NCBI GenBank assembly: GCA_951406725.2
Contig: OX597817.1
Span: forward strand, 161,324,001 to 161,388,000
DNA length: 64,000 nt
Direction: 5' to 3'
From: Octopus vulgaris
Lineage: Eukaryota
The notes beneath the pieces are model-generated. The model saw only the letters and a list, made by a program, of their open reading frames with translations. It did not search any database and was not told the DNA's origin. Both the position numbers and the translations under genes were made by a program. This document shows, in pieces, positions 54,508-64,000 of this stretch (positions are counted from its first letter, which is position 1; each line of letters starts with the position of its first letter).

Positions 54508-54704
54508 GTATTTTCTCTTCTTTTTTTTTTTCATACTTTCTTGATGTGGTTTCCTGGGCAACATTAGCTTGCTGTCATCACTGTAATCAAACTTATTATT
54601 GTGTTGTAATAACTGCTGTCATCGTCGTTGTCATCATCATCATCGCCATCATTATCATGACTGTCATCATGACCTTCATCATCATCATTACCACCACCAC
54701 TACT

Positions 54705-55585
54705 ACCACCACATTGCCATTGCTATGTTACCACCAATATGCCCCTCCCACAATCCTTACCACCACATTGGCATTGCTATGTTACCACCAATATGCCCCT
54801 CCCACAATCATTACCACCACATTGGCATTGCTATGTTACCACCAATATGCCCCTCCCACAATCATTACCACCACATTGGCATTGCTAAGTTACCACCAAT
54901 ATGCCCCTCCCACAATCATTACCACCACATTGGCATTGCTATGTTACCACCAATATGCCCCTCCCACAATCATTACCACCACATTGGCATTGCTATGTTA
55001 CCACCAATATGCCCCTCCCACAATCATTACCACCACATTGGCATTGCTATGTTACCACCAATATGCCCCTCCCACAATCATTACCACCACATTGGCATTG
55101 CTATGTTACCACCAATATGCCCCTCCCACAATCATTACCACCACATTGGCATTGCTATGTTACCACCAATATGCCCCTCCCACAATCATTACCACCACAT
55201 TGGCATTGCTATGTTACCACCAATATGCCCCTCCCACAATCATTACCACCACATTGGCATTGCTAAGTTACCACCAATATGCCCCTCCCACAATCATTAC
55301 CACCACATTGGCATTGCTATGTTACCACCAATATGCCCCTCCCACAATCATTACCACCACATTGGCATTGCTATGTTACCACCAATATGCCCCTCCCACA
55401 ATCATTACCACCACATTGGCATTGCTATGTTACCACCAATATGCCCCTCCCACAATCATTACCACCACATTGCCATTGTTACGTTACCACCAATATGCCC
55501 CTCTCACAATCATTACCATCACTACCACCACATTGCCATTGCTACGTTACCACCAATACGCCACTCCCACAATCATTACCACCAC
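54705..55585. repeat. 54-bp minisatellite, about 16 copies, highly homogeneous
   Basis: unit ACCACCACATTGGCATTGCTATGTTACCACCAATATGCCCCTCCCACAATCATT. Confidence 0.95.
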
Positions 55586-55729
55586 CATCGCCACTGTCAC
55601 TATGACCCAAACACCCCTACTACAAACACCACTACTACCTCTACTACTGCCCTTAACACTACCATCAATGATCAGTTTCACCACCACCACCACTTACAAT
55701 ACCATATCTACCTATTTCTTTCTTTGCAG

Positions 55730-55863
55730 ATCCAGAATGGTTGTCCACCAACTTGGGTATCTTGATCTGTCTGGAGTGCTGTGGTATTCATCGTGAGGTT
55801 GGTGTCCACATCAGTAGGACACAGAGTATTGTCATAGATGAACTTGGTACATCCCAGCTGCTG
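55730..55863 (+). CDS. ASAP1: ASAP exon (ArfGAP): [45 protein letters not shown]
   Basis: ttgcag / gtatgt; completes CxxC-x16-CxxC-x4-R including the catalytic Arg; phase 1-0. Confidence 0.98.
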
Positions 55864-56193
55864 GTATGTACCTCTTTGCTGTCACATATTACTCTCAGGT
55901 ACCTCAAGTTATTGGCTATAGCAAGCTATGGCATTTTCCTGTATCTTCTTTTGTTTGTTTCGGTCATTGGGTGGCACCCCTTACTGGGGTACTGCTTGAA
56001 AGGGTTTTAGTTAGTTAAACAAATTGGCCCTAGTGATTATGTTCTGTTTTTTTTTTTTAAAGTCTCATAATTTTTCATCAGTCCTTTTGGTCAAACTGCT
56101 TCATTACAGGAACATAAACAAACCAACATTGGTTGTAAAGAGGTGCAGTGGGGGAACAAACACAAGATACAAACACACACACATACACACACA

Positions 56194-56285
<92 letters not shown>

Positions 56286-56307
56286 ATGTTACATTACTCG
56301 GTAGTCA

Positions 56308-56370
56308 AGATAAAACTCTGAGTTTCAGATGCCGAAGTGGAAATCCACAACACCATCTCTTCGGTTATCT
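56308..56370 (-). ncRNA. mirror copy of the PLE hammerhead
   Basis: reverse complement of 58414-58476. Confidence 0.72.
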
Positions 56371-56565
56371 GGCTATTTGAAAACGTTATGAAAAAATACC
56401 GTTAAAAATGAAGGGAAATTACTCTGTTATAACTCTGCTTTGCCTGCGTACTTATACATCGCTCGCATTTTTCGTCATAAAAATTATATAAAAATACATA
56501 AAAATATATATAAAATATATAAAAATATATAAAATCTTCTTGGGACATAACACAGAAAGCATGTT

Positions 56566-57348
56566 CTATCCGTTTTCTTTAGGGGACCAAAAACGTAACA
56601 GAAATTTAGTCACATGTGGGCATGATCCGAAAAGTTCTGTCCTTGTATTTAGACATGTGGTAGGGTCTAAGCTGCTTTTCCAGATAAGCCATCTCTCCAT
56701 GTCGCATAAACCGCACCTTCCGCTGCCGTTAGTATAGGGCTTACATCTGGCCAAAATCTTCCATTGTATGTTATAATCGACACCTTTATCTCTTAAAGAC
56801 CAAATATGATTGGATAATTGTGTCGCTTTTCTTTTGTTCCAGTGCCTAAAGCTCAAAGTGTGGTTATTGAACCTGGCCTTGAAATTACCCTCTGTCAGGC
56901 CCACGTATTTCTTCGTCAAAACGGTGTCTTTAGTGGTTATAGAGTTTACGGTAGCTTCATATATGATGGTCTTGGACATGCAAGCTCCATTTAGCGGGCA
57001 CAATTCTTTATTCCTGCATGAACAGCTGTTTTCTTCTTGTGTTTTTTGTATGTTATGATTGATTATGTTTTTAAAATTGGTAGTTGAACTAAAACTAATT
57101 TTTAAATTGTGTCTATTGAAGAGTTTCCTATAAGCATGGTTAACTGGAAAATGTCTATCTATCAGTGCTAGGAAATATTTACCTATATTGAAGGCCACCT
57201 CGGGTGAGTAAGGGGGCGTAAACCAGATGACCTTCCTATTTCTATTATTCCTTTTCCTTATTGTTGGGCTGGTGATAGGTGTATATTTTATTTTTTCGCT
57301 AAAACCACTATCTTTTAAAGCTTTATTATAAACTGGGGCAACGCTATT
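56566..57348 (-). CDS. inverted copy of the PLE GIY-YIG endonuclease ORF fragment
   Basis: ORF track gives the identical 210-aa translation for 56566-57198 (-) and 57587-58219 (+). Confidence 0.85.
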   Translation of the reverse strand, partial: NSVAPVYNKALKDSGFSEKIKYTPITSPTIRKRNNRNRKVIWFTPPYSPEVAFNIGKYFLALIDRHFPVNHAYRKLFNRHNLKISFSSTTNFKNIINHNIQKTQEENSCSCRNKELCPLNGACMSKTIIYEATVNSITTKDTVLTKKYVGLTEGNFKARFNNHTLSFRHWNKRKATQLSNHIWSLRDKGVDYNIQWKILARCKPYTNGSGRCGLCDMERWLIWKSSLDPTTCLNTRTELFGSCPHVTKFLLRFWSPKENG

Positions 57349-57370
57349 TAGTTAAAAATTTAGTTAAAAA

Positions 57371-58219
57371 TTCAAAAATTTAGTTAAAAATATTAGTAAG
57401 AGGATTTCTAGCCTCTCATCTAATGAGGACATCTTCAATAGCGTTGCCCCAGTTTATAATAAAGCTTTAAAAGATAGTGGTTTTAGCGAAAAAATAAAAT
57501 ATACACCTATCACCAGCCCAACAATAAGGAAAAGGAATAATAGAAATAGGAAGGTCATCTGGTTTACGCCCCCTTACTCACCCGAGGTGGCCTTCAATAT
57601 AGGTAAATATTTCCTAGCACTGATAGATAGACATTTTCCAGTTAACCATGCTTATAGGAAACTCTTCAATAGACACAATTTAAAAATTAGTTTTAGTTCA
57701 ACTACCAATTTTAAAAACATAATCAATCATAACATACAAAAAACACAAGAAGAAAACAGCTGTTCATGCAGGAATAAAGAATTGTGCCCGCTAAATGGAG
57801 CTTGCATGTCCAAGACCATCATATATGAAGCTACCGTAAACTCTATAACCACTAAAGACACCGTTTTGACGAAGAAATACGTGGGCCTGACAGAGGGTAA
57901 TTTCAAGGCCAGGTTCAATAACCACACTTTGAGCTTTAGGCACTGGAACAAAAGAAAAGCGACACAATTATCCAATCATATTTGGTCTTTAAGAGATAAA
58001 GGTGTCGATTATAACATACAATGGAAGATTTTGGCCAGATGTAAGCCCTATACTAACGGCAGCGGAAGGTGCGGTTTATGCGACATGGAGAGATGGCTTA
58101 TCTGGAAAAGCAGCTTAGACCCTACCACATGTCTAAATACAAGGACAGAACTTTTCGGATCATGCCCACATGTGACTAAATTTCTGTTACGTTTTTGGTC
58201 CCCTAAAGAAAACGGATAG
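57371..58219 (+). CDS. PLE polyprotein C-terminus (RT thumb/linker + GIY-YIG endonuclease), 5'-truncated, no stops
   Basis: RKVIWFTPPYS..NIGKYFL..LFNR; CSCRNKELCPLNGAC (CxCx5Cx5C); IIYEA..YVGLT..FKARFNNH; CGLCDME..LN. Confidence 0.88.
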   Translation, partial: FKNLVKNISKRISSLSSNEDIFNSVAPVYNKALKDSGFSEKIKYTPITSPTIRKRNNRNRKVIWFTPPYSPEVAFNIGKYFLALIDRHFPVNHAYRKLFNRHNLKISFSSTTNFKNIINHNIQKTQEENSCSCRNKELCPLNGACMSKTIIYEATVNSITTKDTVLTKKYVGLTEGNFKARFNNHTLSFRHWNKRKATQLSNHIWSLRDKGVDYNIQWKILARCKPYTNGSGRCGLCDMERWLIWKSSLDPTTCLNTRTELFGSCPHVTKFLLRFWSPKENG

Positions 58220-58413
58220 AACATGCTTTCTGTGTTATGTCCCAAGAAGATTTTATATATTTTTATATATTTTTATATATTTTTATGTATTTTTATATAA
58301 TTTTTATGACGAAAAATGCGAGCGATGTATAAGTACGCAGGCAAAGCAGAGTTATAACAGAGTAATTTCCCTTCATTTTTAACGGTATTTTTTCATAACG
58401 TTTTCAAATAGCC

Positions 58414-58476
58414 AGATAACCGAAGAGATGGTGTTGTGGATTTCCACTTCGGCATCTGAAACTCAGAGTTTTATCT
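58414..58476 (+). ncRNA. type I hammerhead ribozyme of the young PLE (variant core CCGAAGA)
   Basis: stem I AGATAA/TTATCT; core CCGAAGA; stem II GATG..CATC(T) with inner GTGGA/TCCAC; GAAA; stem III CTC-A-GAG; GUU cleavage triplet. Confidence 0.75.
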
Positions 58477-59090
58477 TGACTACCGAGTAATGTAACATAT
58501 TGTATAGATAAATTTCCTCTATTTACATAATATTGAGGTCTCTTTCTTTCTTTTGTTATCTTACCGTTTTATCAATATATATATATATATATATATATAT
58601 GGTTCTACGCATGCCAACATGGAACATGGGTGTTAGATAATGATTCTGAGTTCAAATACCATGAGGTCGGCTTTGCTCTTCATCCTTTTGAAGAGGCTGT
58701 AAATAAAACAGCAGTCCTACGTGCTGGTTGAAGGTTGATTCCTCCTCTCTCTCTCTCTCTCTCTTTCTCTAAAATATTGTATTCATATACACACAATATA
58801 TATATATATATAGGTTAGGGCAGCGAACTTGCGGTTGTAGGATCATGGTTTCGATTCCCAGACCAGGGGTTGTGAGTGTTTATTAAGAAAAAACACCTAA
58901 AGCTCCACGAGGCTCCAGCAGGGGGTTATGGCGATCCCTGGTGTACTCCTTCACCGCAACTTTCTCTCACTCTTTCTTCTGTTGGCCTGATCGCTTAGCC
59001 AGCCGGGTGGCGTCATTTGAAGGTTAAAACAATGCAAAGCACATTGTGACCAGCGATGTGTAGCAACATCTGATAGCCTGGTCGGTCATG

Positions 59091-59124
<34 letters not shown>

Positions 59125-59126
<2 letters not shown>

Positions 59127-59344
59127 GCAAATAAGTAACAAGGATGTCCAGGTATTAGTGTATTATGGCCGTTTCAAGTGGCTCCATTTAATCAATCAAT
59201 GCAAGCATTACATCAGTTTGAAATACACCGGTGTATTTCAAATTATTTCAAATTGGTGTAATGTTTGCATTGATCGATTAAATAGAGCTGTCTGAAACGG
59301 CCGTAATGCACTAGTATCTGGACATCCTTGTTACTTATTTGCTT
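59125..59344. repeat. palindrome (centre CACCGGTG, 59226-59233) carrying the 3' half of a hammerhead
   Basis: diverged arms of about 105 bp; GAAA-CGGCCG-TA-ATGCA at 59294-59310; (TA)n flank. Confidence 0.78.
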
Positions 59345-59439
59345 TTCATTCGCCTTACTTCGAGCCAAGCAGATGATACCAGACTGACTTGGTGCCTCAA
59401 CTTAGGTATCTAATTCAACTGAATTTTAATTATTTCTTT

Positions 59440-59480
<41 letters not shown>

Positions 59481-59508
59481 CTTATATGATCTTGTATCTC
59501 CATTTCAG

Positions 59509-59603
59509 TTAGCAAGAGCGGTGGGTAACAGCAATTTCAATGACATCATGGAAGCCAAATTAGCATTTGACACTTCACTGAAACCAAAGGCGACAAGTGG
59601 CAT
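59509..59603 (+). CDS. ASAP1: ASAP exon (ArfGAP): LARAVGNSNFNDIMEAKLAFDTSLKPKATSGM
   Basis: tttcag / gtaagt; VGNxxFNDIMEA motif; phase 0-2. Confidence 0.96.
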
Positions 59604-59633
59604 GTAAGTACATGTTCTATCTCTCTTCTCTGT

Positions 59634-59672
<39 letters not shown>

Positions 59673-60769
59673 TACATATCTTTTTGTTTCTACTTACTGG
59701 GTCCCAAGCAAGGTGCAGTGTCTATGGTCTATACAGGCCCTCCAAAACCAATGAGATTGATGCTATTAATGTTTTCCTTGAGCCTTTCTAAGTCAACACC
59801 AAAAGAATGATATGAACAGGAAAGAAATCCTGGCAGATCAATTTTTGCCATTCATCTCTTGAGTCAGTAACAAAGAATTAGGAGTCAATTAAATCAACTG
59901 ACTCCCCTTCACAGAGTTTTTAAGCCTTATACCTATCATAGAAGCAATCATTACTATTTATCTCCCTAGCATCCACAATTAAAACAGTCATGTACCATGG
60001 TTGATGTAACTGACTAAACTCCTCCCTTCAAAATTACTGGTGTTGTGTTGTTATTGTTATTAGTCTTAGAGCTGCTGGAATCATTAGCATGTTTAGCCCT
60101 TTAGTATTTGAACTGGTGGCAAGCTGGCAGAATCGTTAGCACGCCGGGTGAAATGCTTAGCGGTATTTCGTCTGCCGTTACATTCTGAGTTCAAATTCCG
60201 CCGAGGTTGACTTTGCCTTTCAACCTTTCGGGGTCGATTAAATAAGTACCATTTACGCACTGGGGTCGATATAATCGACTTAATCCGTTTGTCTGTCCTT
60301 TTTTTGTCCTCTCTGTGTTTAGCTCCTTGTGGGTAATAAAGAAATAAGTATTTGAACTGGCTATATACAGCTCATATATTCTACCAGCTCTATGTTCACG
60401 GTGGCCAGATTTGGTCTCACACACCAACCCTATGACATCATTCTAAAAAGTAACTGTTGTTTCACCAACATCACAGATCTCCAAGATAATGTGTGATTAA
60501 TTCAAAACATGTACGAGCGTGATCATTGCCAGAGCAACAAGCTGGCCTCCGTGCCAGTGGCACGTAAAAAACACCATTCGAGTGTGATCATTACCTGTGT
60601 TGCCTTACTGGCACTTGTGTTGGTGGTACGTGATGAATAGATTCGGAAAAAACGTGAAAAAAACATTGTTTCTGAGTCTTAGATTAGTTTAACAAACTCC
60701 TTTGTCCCAGAGAAATTCTTGACAGTTTATTATTTATTTATTTTTTTGTGCTGTTGCTTCTTTGATCAG

Positions 60770-60950
60770 GAACAAACGTCGAGAGTTTATCAAGGCGAAA
60801 TATGAACAGCACAAATATGTGATCCAGACATGCACAGACAAGGAAGACTTGAAACAGGAACTGCAACAAGCAATTGCATCAAAGGACGTGTTTGCACTGC
60901 TGCAGGTACATGCTGAGGGATTGGAGCTGATGACAACCCTGCCAAATACA
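60770..60950 (+). CDS. ASAP1: ASAP exon (ArfGAP end): NKRREFIKAKYEQHKYVIQTC...LLQVHAEGLELMTTLPNT
   Basis: gatcag / gtacgt; RxEFIxAKY and LxQVxAEGxEL motifs; phase 2-0. Confidence 0.96.
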
Positions 60951-60955
60951 GTACG

Positions 60956-60989
<34 letters not shown>

Positions 60990-61764
60990 ATACTGTTATT
61001 GCTGGGTGGCCTTAATCCAGCAGACCTTTTTTTTTTTTTTTTTTTTGCCCTTTTCAAGCCTAGCCAGGCTCATGGGCCCGGTTTCTGTGGTGTATGTGTT
61101 CCCCCCAGCTGGATGGGACACCAGTCCATCGCAGTGTTACTCAAGAAACAGGAAGAGAGAGTGAGAGAAAGTTGTGGCAAAAGAGTACAACAGGGGTTGC
61201 CACCACCCCCTGCCGGAGCCTTGTGGAGCTTTTAGGTGTTTTCGCTCAATAAACACACACAACGCCCGGTCTGGGAATCGAAACCGTGATCCTCTGACCG
61301 CGAGTCCGCTGCCCTAACCATTGGGCCATTGCGGCTCCACTCATCCAGCAGACCTATGATCACCTTAATCCAGCGGACCTGTGATCAAAGACATTCCAGC
61401 CATGGCAATCATGTATTTCTTAATTGTATCCAGAACTGTAATATTTAACATGTGTATTTTTTCTGTTTAATACAATACGATGTGACCTCCAGCAGCTGGA
61501 TGTCCATTTAAAGATACCACATGGGCTTGTATGTGTGTGCATATGTGTGTGAATTCTGTTGTGTCTTTGTTGATACAATATATATATGTGTGTGTGTGTG
61601 TGTGGTGACTGCTGTGTACTTGGTTGATACAAGATGTATGGTTGTGTATGTTTGTGCATGTGTGCATAGTACCTGTGTTAGTAGTTTGTATGCGTATATA
61701 CTCACAGGTGAAATAACACAAATGAAATGAGGGGAAATAAGTGACGGATAGATGTAACTCTCTC

Positions 61765-62142
61765 TCTCTTTTACTTGTTTCATTCACTTGACTGTGGCCA
61801 TGCTGGGACAACGCCTTTAGTCGAGCAAATCGACCCCAGGACTTATTCTTTATAAGCCTAGTACTTAGTCTATCAGTCTCTTCTGCCGAACCGCTAAGTT
61901 ACGGGAACATAAACACACCAGCATCAGTTGTCAAGCAATGTTGGGGTGACAAACATAGACACACACACACACATATATATGACAGGCTTCTTTCAGTTTC
62001 CATCTACCAAATACACTCACAAGGCTTTGGTTGGCCCGAGGCTATAGTAGAAGACACTTGCCCAAGGTGTCATGCAGTGGGACTGAACCTGGAACCATGT
62101 GGTTGGTAAGCAAGCTACTTACCACACAGCCACTCCTGCGCC
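61765..62142 (-). mobile_element. SINE family A, full-length copy
   Basis: reverse complement of the family A consensus. Confidence 0.88.
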
Positions 62143-62565
62143 TCATGTGAAAAACAAAATAGGAACTTTGAAAGATGCGTTTATAAAACTAGTTTTTAAA
62201 AATCAAATGGCTATGGGGTTCACTAGAATAAAATAGTAATCCAAGGGATGTGAAAATGGTTGAGAGCCACTAGTCTGTATTATACTACATATGGCATATG
62301 ATCTGTTGGTTAAGAGTGCGGACTACTAACCCAAGATTCTGAGTTCTATTCCAGGCAGTGACCTGAACAATAATAATAATAATAAAAATAATAATAATTT
62401 TCTTATGGTTTCTTAAACATTCTCTCGAACAACACTATGTACAAAACCAAATATATGGTACCCTAGGCATAATACCAAGATGAACTTCCAACTTGTTGTC
62501 TCCTGAGGTCTCTGAGTGAGACTTGGAGCCAACTTGTACAAATGTAAAGCAAAAGTCAAACATAA

Positions 62566-62597
<32 letters not shown>

Positions 62598-62649
62598 CAA
62601 CATTGAAAATACCTTAGGAATAAGAACCTAGGTTTGAAATTTCCCCCAA

Positions 62650-62695
62650 GACACCTGATGAAGGCTGGAGGGTATATTAGCTGAAACGTTACATT
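62650..62695 (+). ncRNA. minimal hammerhead in a short PLE-like repeat (about 62600-62746); second copy at 24872-25015 (-)
   Basis: GACAC-CTGATGA-A-GGCTG..TAGCT-GAAA-CG-TT; the other copy supplies CAGCC and GTGTT for stems II and I; both abut (AAT)n. Confidence 0.6.
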
Positions 62696-62827
62696 AGCAA
62701 CAAACAAGATGAGGACAAATATCCGTCAAATGTAAATAATGTACATGTGTGTTGTTTAAGTACCCTGTGACCTACATGTAGCCACCCAGAGATATTGCAT
62801 TGTATGTTCTATAATTGTATTTTTCAG

Positions 62828-62919
62828 GAGAATGATGAGACTTCACTGCACATGGCAATTAGTCAAGAAGATGGAAACAGTTTACATATGGTGGACTTTA
62901 TTATACAGAATAGCAGTAT
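62828..62919 (+). CDS. ASAP1: ASAP exon (first ankyrin repeat): ENDETSLHMAISQEDGNSLHMVDFIIQNSS
   Basis: tttcag acceptor; ETxLHxA ankyrin motif; donor gtaagt at 62920 (an overlapping gtatgt at 62916 is an alternative). Confidence 0.94.
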
Positions 62920-63750
62920 GTAAGTATGGGGGCTAAGGTGATGGTGGGTTAAATTGTGAGTTTGATTACTGGGTGGTGACCAGTTTTAAGTATTGGAACC
63001 ATTGGTGGAATGTAGTATGTGCTGGGTTCATGACTAGGTGTGGTTTTTCAACACTTAATATCCAGATGTACCCGGCAGGACAAGTGAGTCCATAACCCGT
63101 GGCCTTCTACATGGGATGGAGCCAGCCTACGTATGCATACCTTCCCTTCTTGGGACACAAAACTCTACTTGTGAAGACCTGTTGAGGCAAGTGAGGATCA
63201 GAATCGAAATCGATCAATGGAAATTGCAGATGTGTTACCAGTGCCGGTGGCATGTAAGAGAACCTTCCGTTTCGCGACCGTTGCCAGCGCCGCCCCGACT
63301 GGCCTCGTGCCGGTGGCACGTAAAAAGCACCATCCGTTCGTGTCCGTTGCCAGCCTCGCCTGTCCCTCGTGCCGGTGGCACATAAAAAGCACCATCCGTT
63401 CATGGCTGTTTGCCAGCTCTGTCTGGCACCTGTGCGGGTGGCACGTAAAAAGCACTCACTACACTCATGGAGTGGTTGGCGTTAGGAAGGGCATCCAGCC
63501 GTAGAAACACTGCCAGATTTGACTGGGCCTGATGAAGCCTTCTGGCTTCACAGACCCCAGTAGAACCGTCCAACCCATGCTAGCATGGAAAACGGACGCT
63601 AAACGATGATGATGATGATGACAGCATTTGGACTATGTGTGTGTGTTGTGTGTGTATAGTTTTTCAATCTTCCATCTTTTATATCTACGTCTTTCTCACT
63701 TTTGCTCTCATCCTATCGTCCCATTTTTAGTTTCTTATGCTATGTGGGCA

Positions 63751-63834
63751 GTACCTGATGATTGTGATAGGATACCAGACATGTTAAAAAATACTGTCTG
63801 GCATGCTCTTGGCACATGAAACTAATAGTAGCAC
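63751..63834 (+). ncRNA. type I hammerhead ribozyme
   Basis: GTAC-CTGATGA-T TGTG..[CCAGACA/TGTCTGG]..CACA T-GAAA-CTA(A)TAG-TA-GCAC. Confidence 0.68.
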
Positions 63835-64000
63835 ATAAAATCATATATTGTGTTTATTAAATAATATTTATCTCTCACAATATGGAATATTTCTTTTGTT
63901 GATCTTACCATCACAAAACAGTACACTTGGCACCTGTGCCAATGGCATGTGTAAAAGATTTGAGCGAGGTCGTTGCCAATACTGCCTAACTGGCACGTAA

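Larger units (their letters stand above)
56281..58576. mobile_element. Penelope-like retroelement (probably Naiad-type), 5'-truncated, with an inverted duplicated copy
   Basis: arms 56278-57348 and 57437-58506 are reverse complements; GIY-YIG ORF and 3' hammerhead in each arm; (TA)n on both flanks. Confidence 0.93.

Noticed and set aside
62400-62570. Possible R4/Dong-like LINE 3' end between (AAT)n tracts
   Set aside because: Too short and lacking a diagnostic protein motif to classify

Overview
AT-rich, microsatellite-dense animal genomic DNA. The SINE/LINE repertoire looks like octopus (coleoid cephalopod); this is inferred from repeat content. The window lies entirely inside one + strand gene, an ASAP1/ASAP2-type Arf-GAP (BAR-PH-ArfGAP-ankyrin). 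I traced 16 coding exons (2902-62919, 1648 nt, about 549 codons) with canonical GT-AG sites and consistent phases; the gene starts before and ends after the window. Introns hold four SINE families, RTE/CR1 tails, a Tc1/mariner-type MITE, Helitron-like elements and minisatellites. The most notable feature is a dense set of Penelope-like element (PLE) relics. One is a young, near-perfect 1.07-kb fold-back encoding a GIY-YIG endonuclease. At least eight sequence-unrelated type-I hammerhead ribozyme (HHR) motifs, found by eye, sit mostly in short fold-backs inside (TA)n or (AAT)n tracts. There is also a good candidate 36-nt alternative microexon in the BAR-PH linker. Nearly all long ORFs in the supplied track are simple-repeat artefacts.
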